From: Bdellovibrionota bacterium
Lineage (GTDB): Bacteria > Bdellovibrionota_C > UBA2361 > CAKMMH01
Assembly: GCA_050952645.1 (NCBI GenBank)
Contig: JBMNLI010000017.1
Span: forward strand, 224,001 to 288,000
Direction of reading: 5' to 3'
DNA length: 64,000 nt
The translations under genes were made by a program, and so were the position numbers. Under the pieces are notes generated by a model. It was given only the letters and a program-made list of their open reading frames with translations, was not told the DNA's origin and ran no database searches. Shown here in pieces: positions 62,766-64,000 of the stretch; positions within the stretch are counted from its first letter, which is position 1; each line of letters begins with the position of its first letter.

Positions 62766-64000
62766 TTACCCTAGCTTATAATCGTATAAAGGATATAATC
62801 TTACGAAATTTTTAACTTCCTCTTTTATCATACTTATATCTCTTCCCTCTTTTGCTTCCATTAGAGTGCGATTTATAAGTTGCGCAACTTTCTTCATTTG
62901 CACTTCTTTCATTCCACGCGTTGTAATAGCTGGCGTGCCTATTCTTAAGCCACTACATACCGTAGGAGACTCAGTGTCGTAAGGAATCGTATTTTTATTT
63001 GCAGTAATATTCACCTCATCTAGCCAATTTTGTGCATCCTTTCCCGTAATTCCCTTTGACCTTAAATCTATAATAAACACATGCGAATCTGTTCCACCTG
63101 AAACTATCTTATAGCCATCTTCCATTAAAGCCTCAGCTAGTGCTTTCGCATTTTTAACTACTTGTGATGCATACTCCTTAAACTCATCCGTCATCGCTTC
63201 ATTAAAAGCCACTGCCTTTGCAGCTATCGTATGCATATGAGGCCCCCCTTGAATGCCTGGGAAAACCGACTTATTTAAAACTTGTCCATATTTTTCTTTA
63301 GCTAAAATTAACCCCGAGCGAGGTCCTCTTAAAGTCTTATGCGTAGTAGTAGTCACTACATCACAATAAGGAAAAGGCGATGGATAAACTCCCCCGACTA
63401 TTAGCCCCGCATAATGGGCGATATCAGCAAATAAAATTGCATCAACTTTATCTGCAATCTCTCTAAATCTTTTAAAATCTATCACTCTAGAATAAGCAGA
63501 TGCACCACAAATTATCATTTTAGGCTTACTTTCTAATGCTATCCTTTCAACCTCATCATAATCGATAAGCCCAGTATCTTTGCTAACTCCATAAGATACT
63601 ACATTATAATATCTTCCCGATAAATTTACTTTAGCTCCATGACTTAAATGTCCTCCATGGTCTAGCTTCATTCCCATCACGGTATCGCCAATCTCTAAAA
63701 AAGCATTAAATACCGCATGGTTTGCTTGCGCACCTGAATGTGCCTGAACGTTTGCAAACTCAGCATTAAAAAGTTTTTTAGCACGCTCTATGGCTACCTC
63801 TTCTATCTTGTCTACTTCTTCACAACCGCCATAATAACGCTTCTTAGGAAGCCCCTCTGCATATTTATTAGTTAAAATACTTCCGCACGCTTCTAAAATC
63901 GCATCATCTACAAAATTTTCACTAGGAATTAACTCTAAGCCCTCTTCTTGTCTTTTAGTTTCTTTCTGTATTATATCGAATATTTCGGGGTCTACATTTC
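62766..64000 (-). CDS. glyA: Serine hydroxymethyltransferase (start lies beyond the window end)
   Basis: Frame is open to the window edge: [33 protein letters not shown]. Confidence 0.97.
   Translation of the reverse strand, partial: NVDPEIFDIIQKETKRQEEGLELIPSENFVDDAILEACGSILTNKYAEGLPKKRYYGGCEEVDKIEEVAIERAKKLFNAEFANVQAHSGAQANHAVFNAFLEIGDTVMGMKLDHGGHLSHGAKVNLSGRYYNVVSYGVSKDTGLIDYDEVERIALESKPKMIICGASAYSRVIDFKRFREIADKVDAILFADIAHYAGLIVGGVYPSPFPYCDVVTTTTHKTLRGPRSGLILAKEKYGQVLNKSVFPGIQGGPHMHTIAAKAVAFNEAMTDEFKEYASQVVKNAKALAEALMEDGYKIVSGGTDSHVFIIDLRSKGITGKDAQNWLDEVNITANKNTIPYDTESPTVCSGLRIGTPAITTRGMKEVQMKKVAQLINRTLMEAKEGRDISMIKEEVKNFVRLYPLYDYKLG

Overview
AT-rich bacterial chromosomal segment with a deltaproteobacterial-type gene repertoire (lineage not assignable from sequence alone). 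Housekeeping genes: lon, birA, dus, rlmN, ndk, infA, kdsA, rplS, fabF, pfkA, fmt, trxA, prmA, glnS, nrdR, glyA. Motility and secretion loci: three short flagellins, csrA-fliW, HDOD/STAS/lytic transglycosylase genes with sigma54 and sigma28-like promoters, and a compact non-flagellar T3SS-like operon headed by its own FliA/WhiG-type sigma factor. Mobile DNA: a dispersed MITE-like family with two subtypes sharing termini (one carries a DnaA-box pair), a class IIC group II intron inserted 4 nt from the internal hairpin of one MITE copy with an empty tandem copy beside it, and an IS1634-like element (29-bp TIR, 6-bp target duplication) splitting a large RCC1-repeat surface protein gene. Most unusual: intron-in-MITE nesting, an RRM-ribosomal protein S18 fusion, a Ski2/HelY-like helicase split into two genes, a FabF with Phe at the catalytic Cys, and a candidate sRNA complementary to a flagellin leader. 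Nine single-base frameshifts at 9-29 kb, including in rplS and kdsA, are probably assembly errors.
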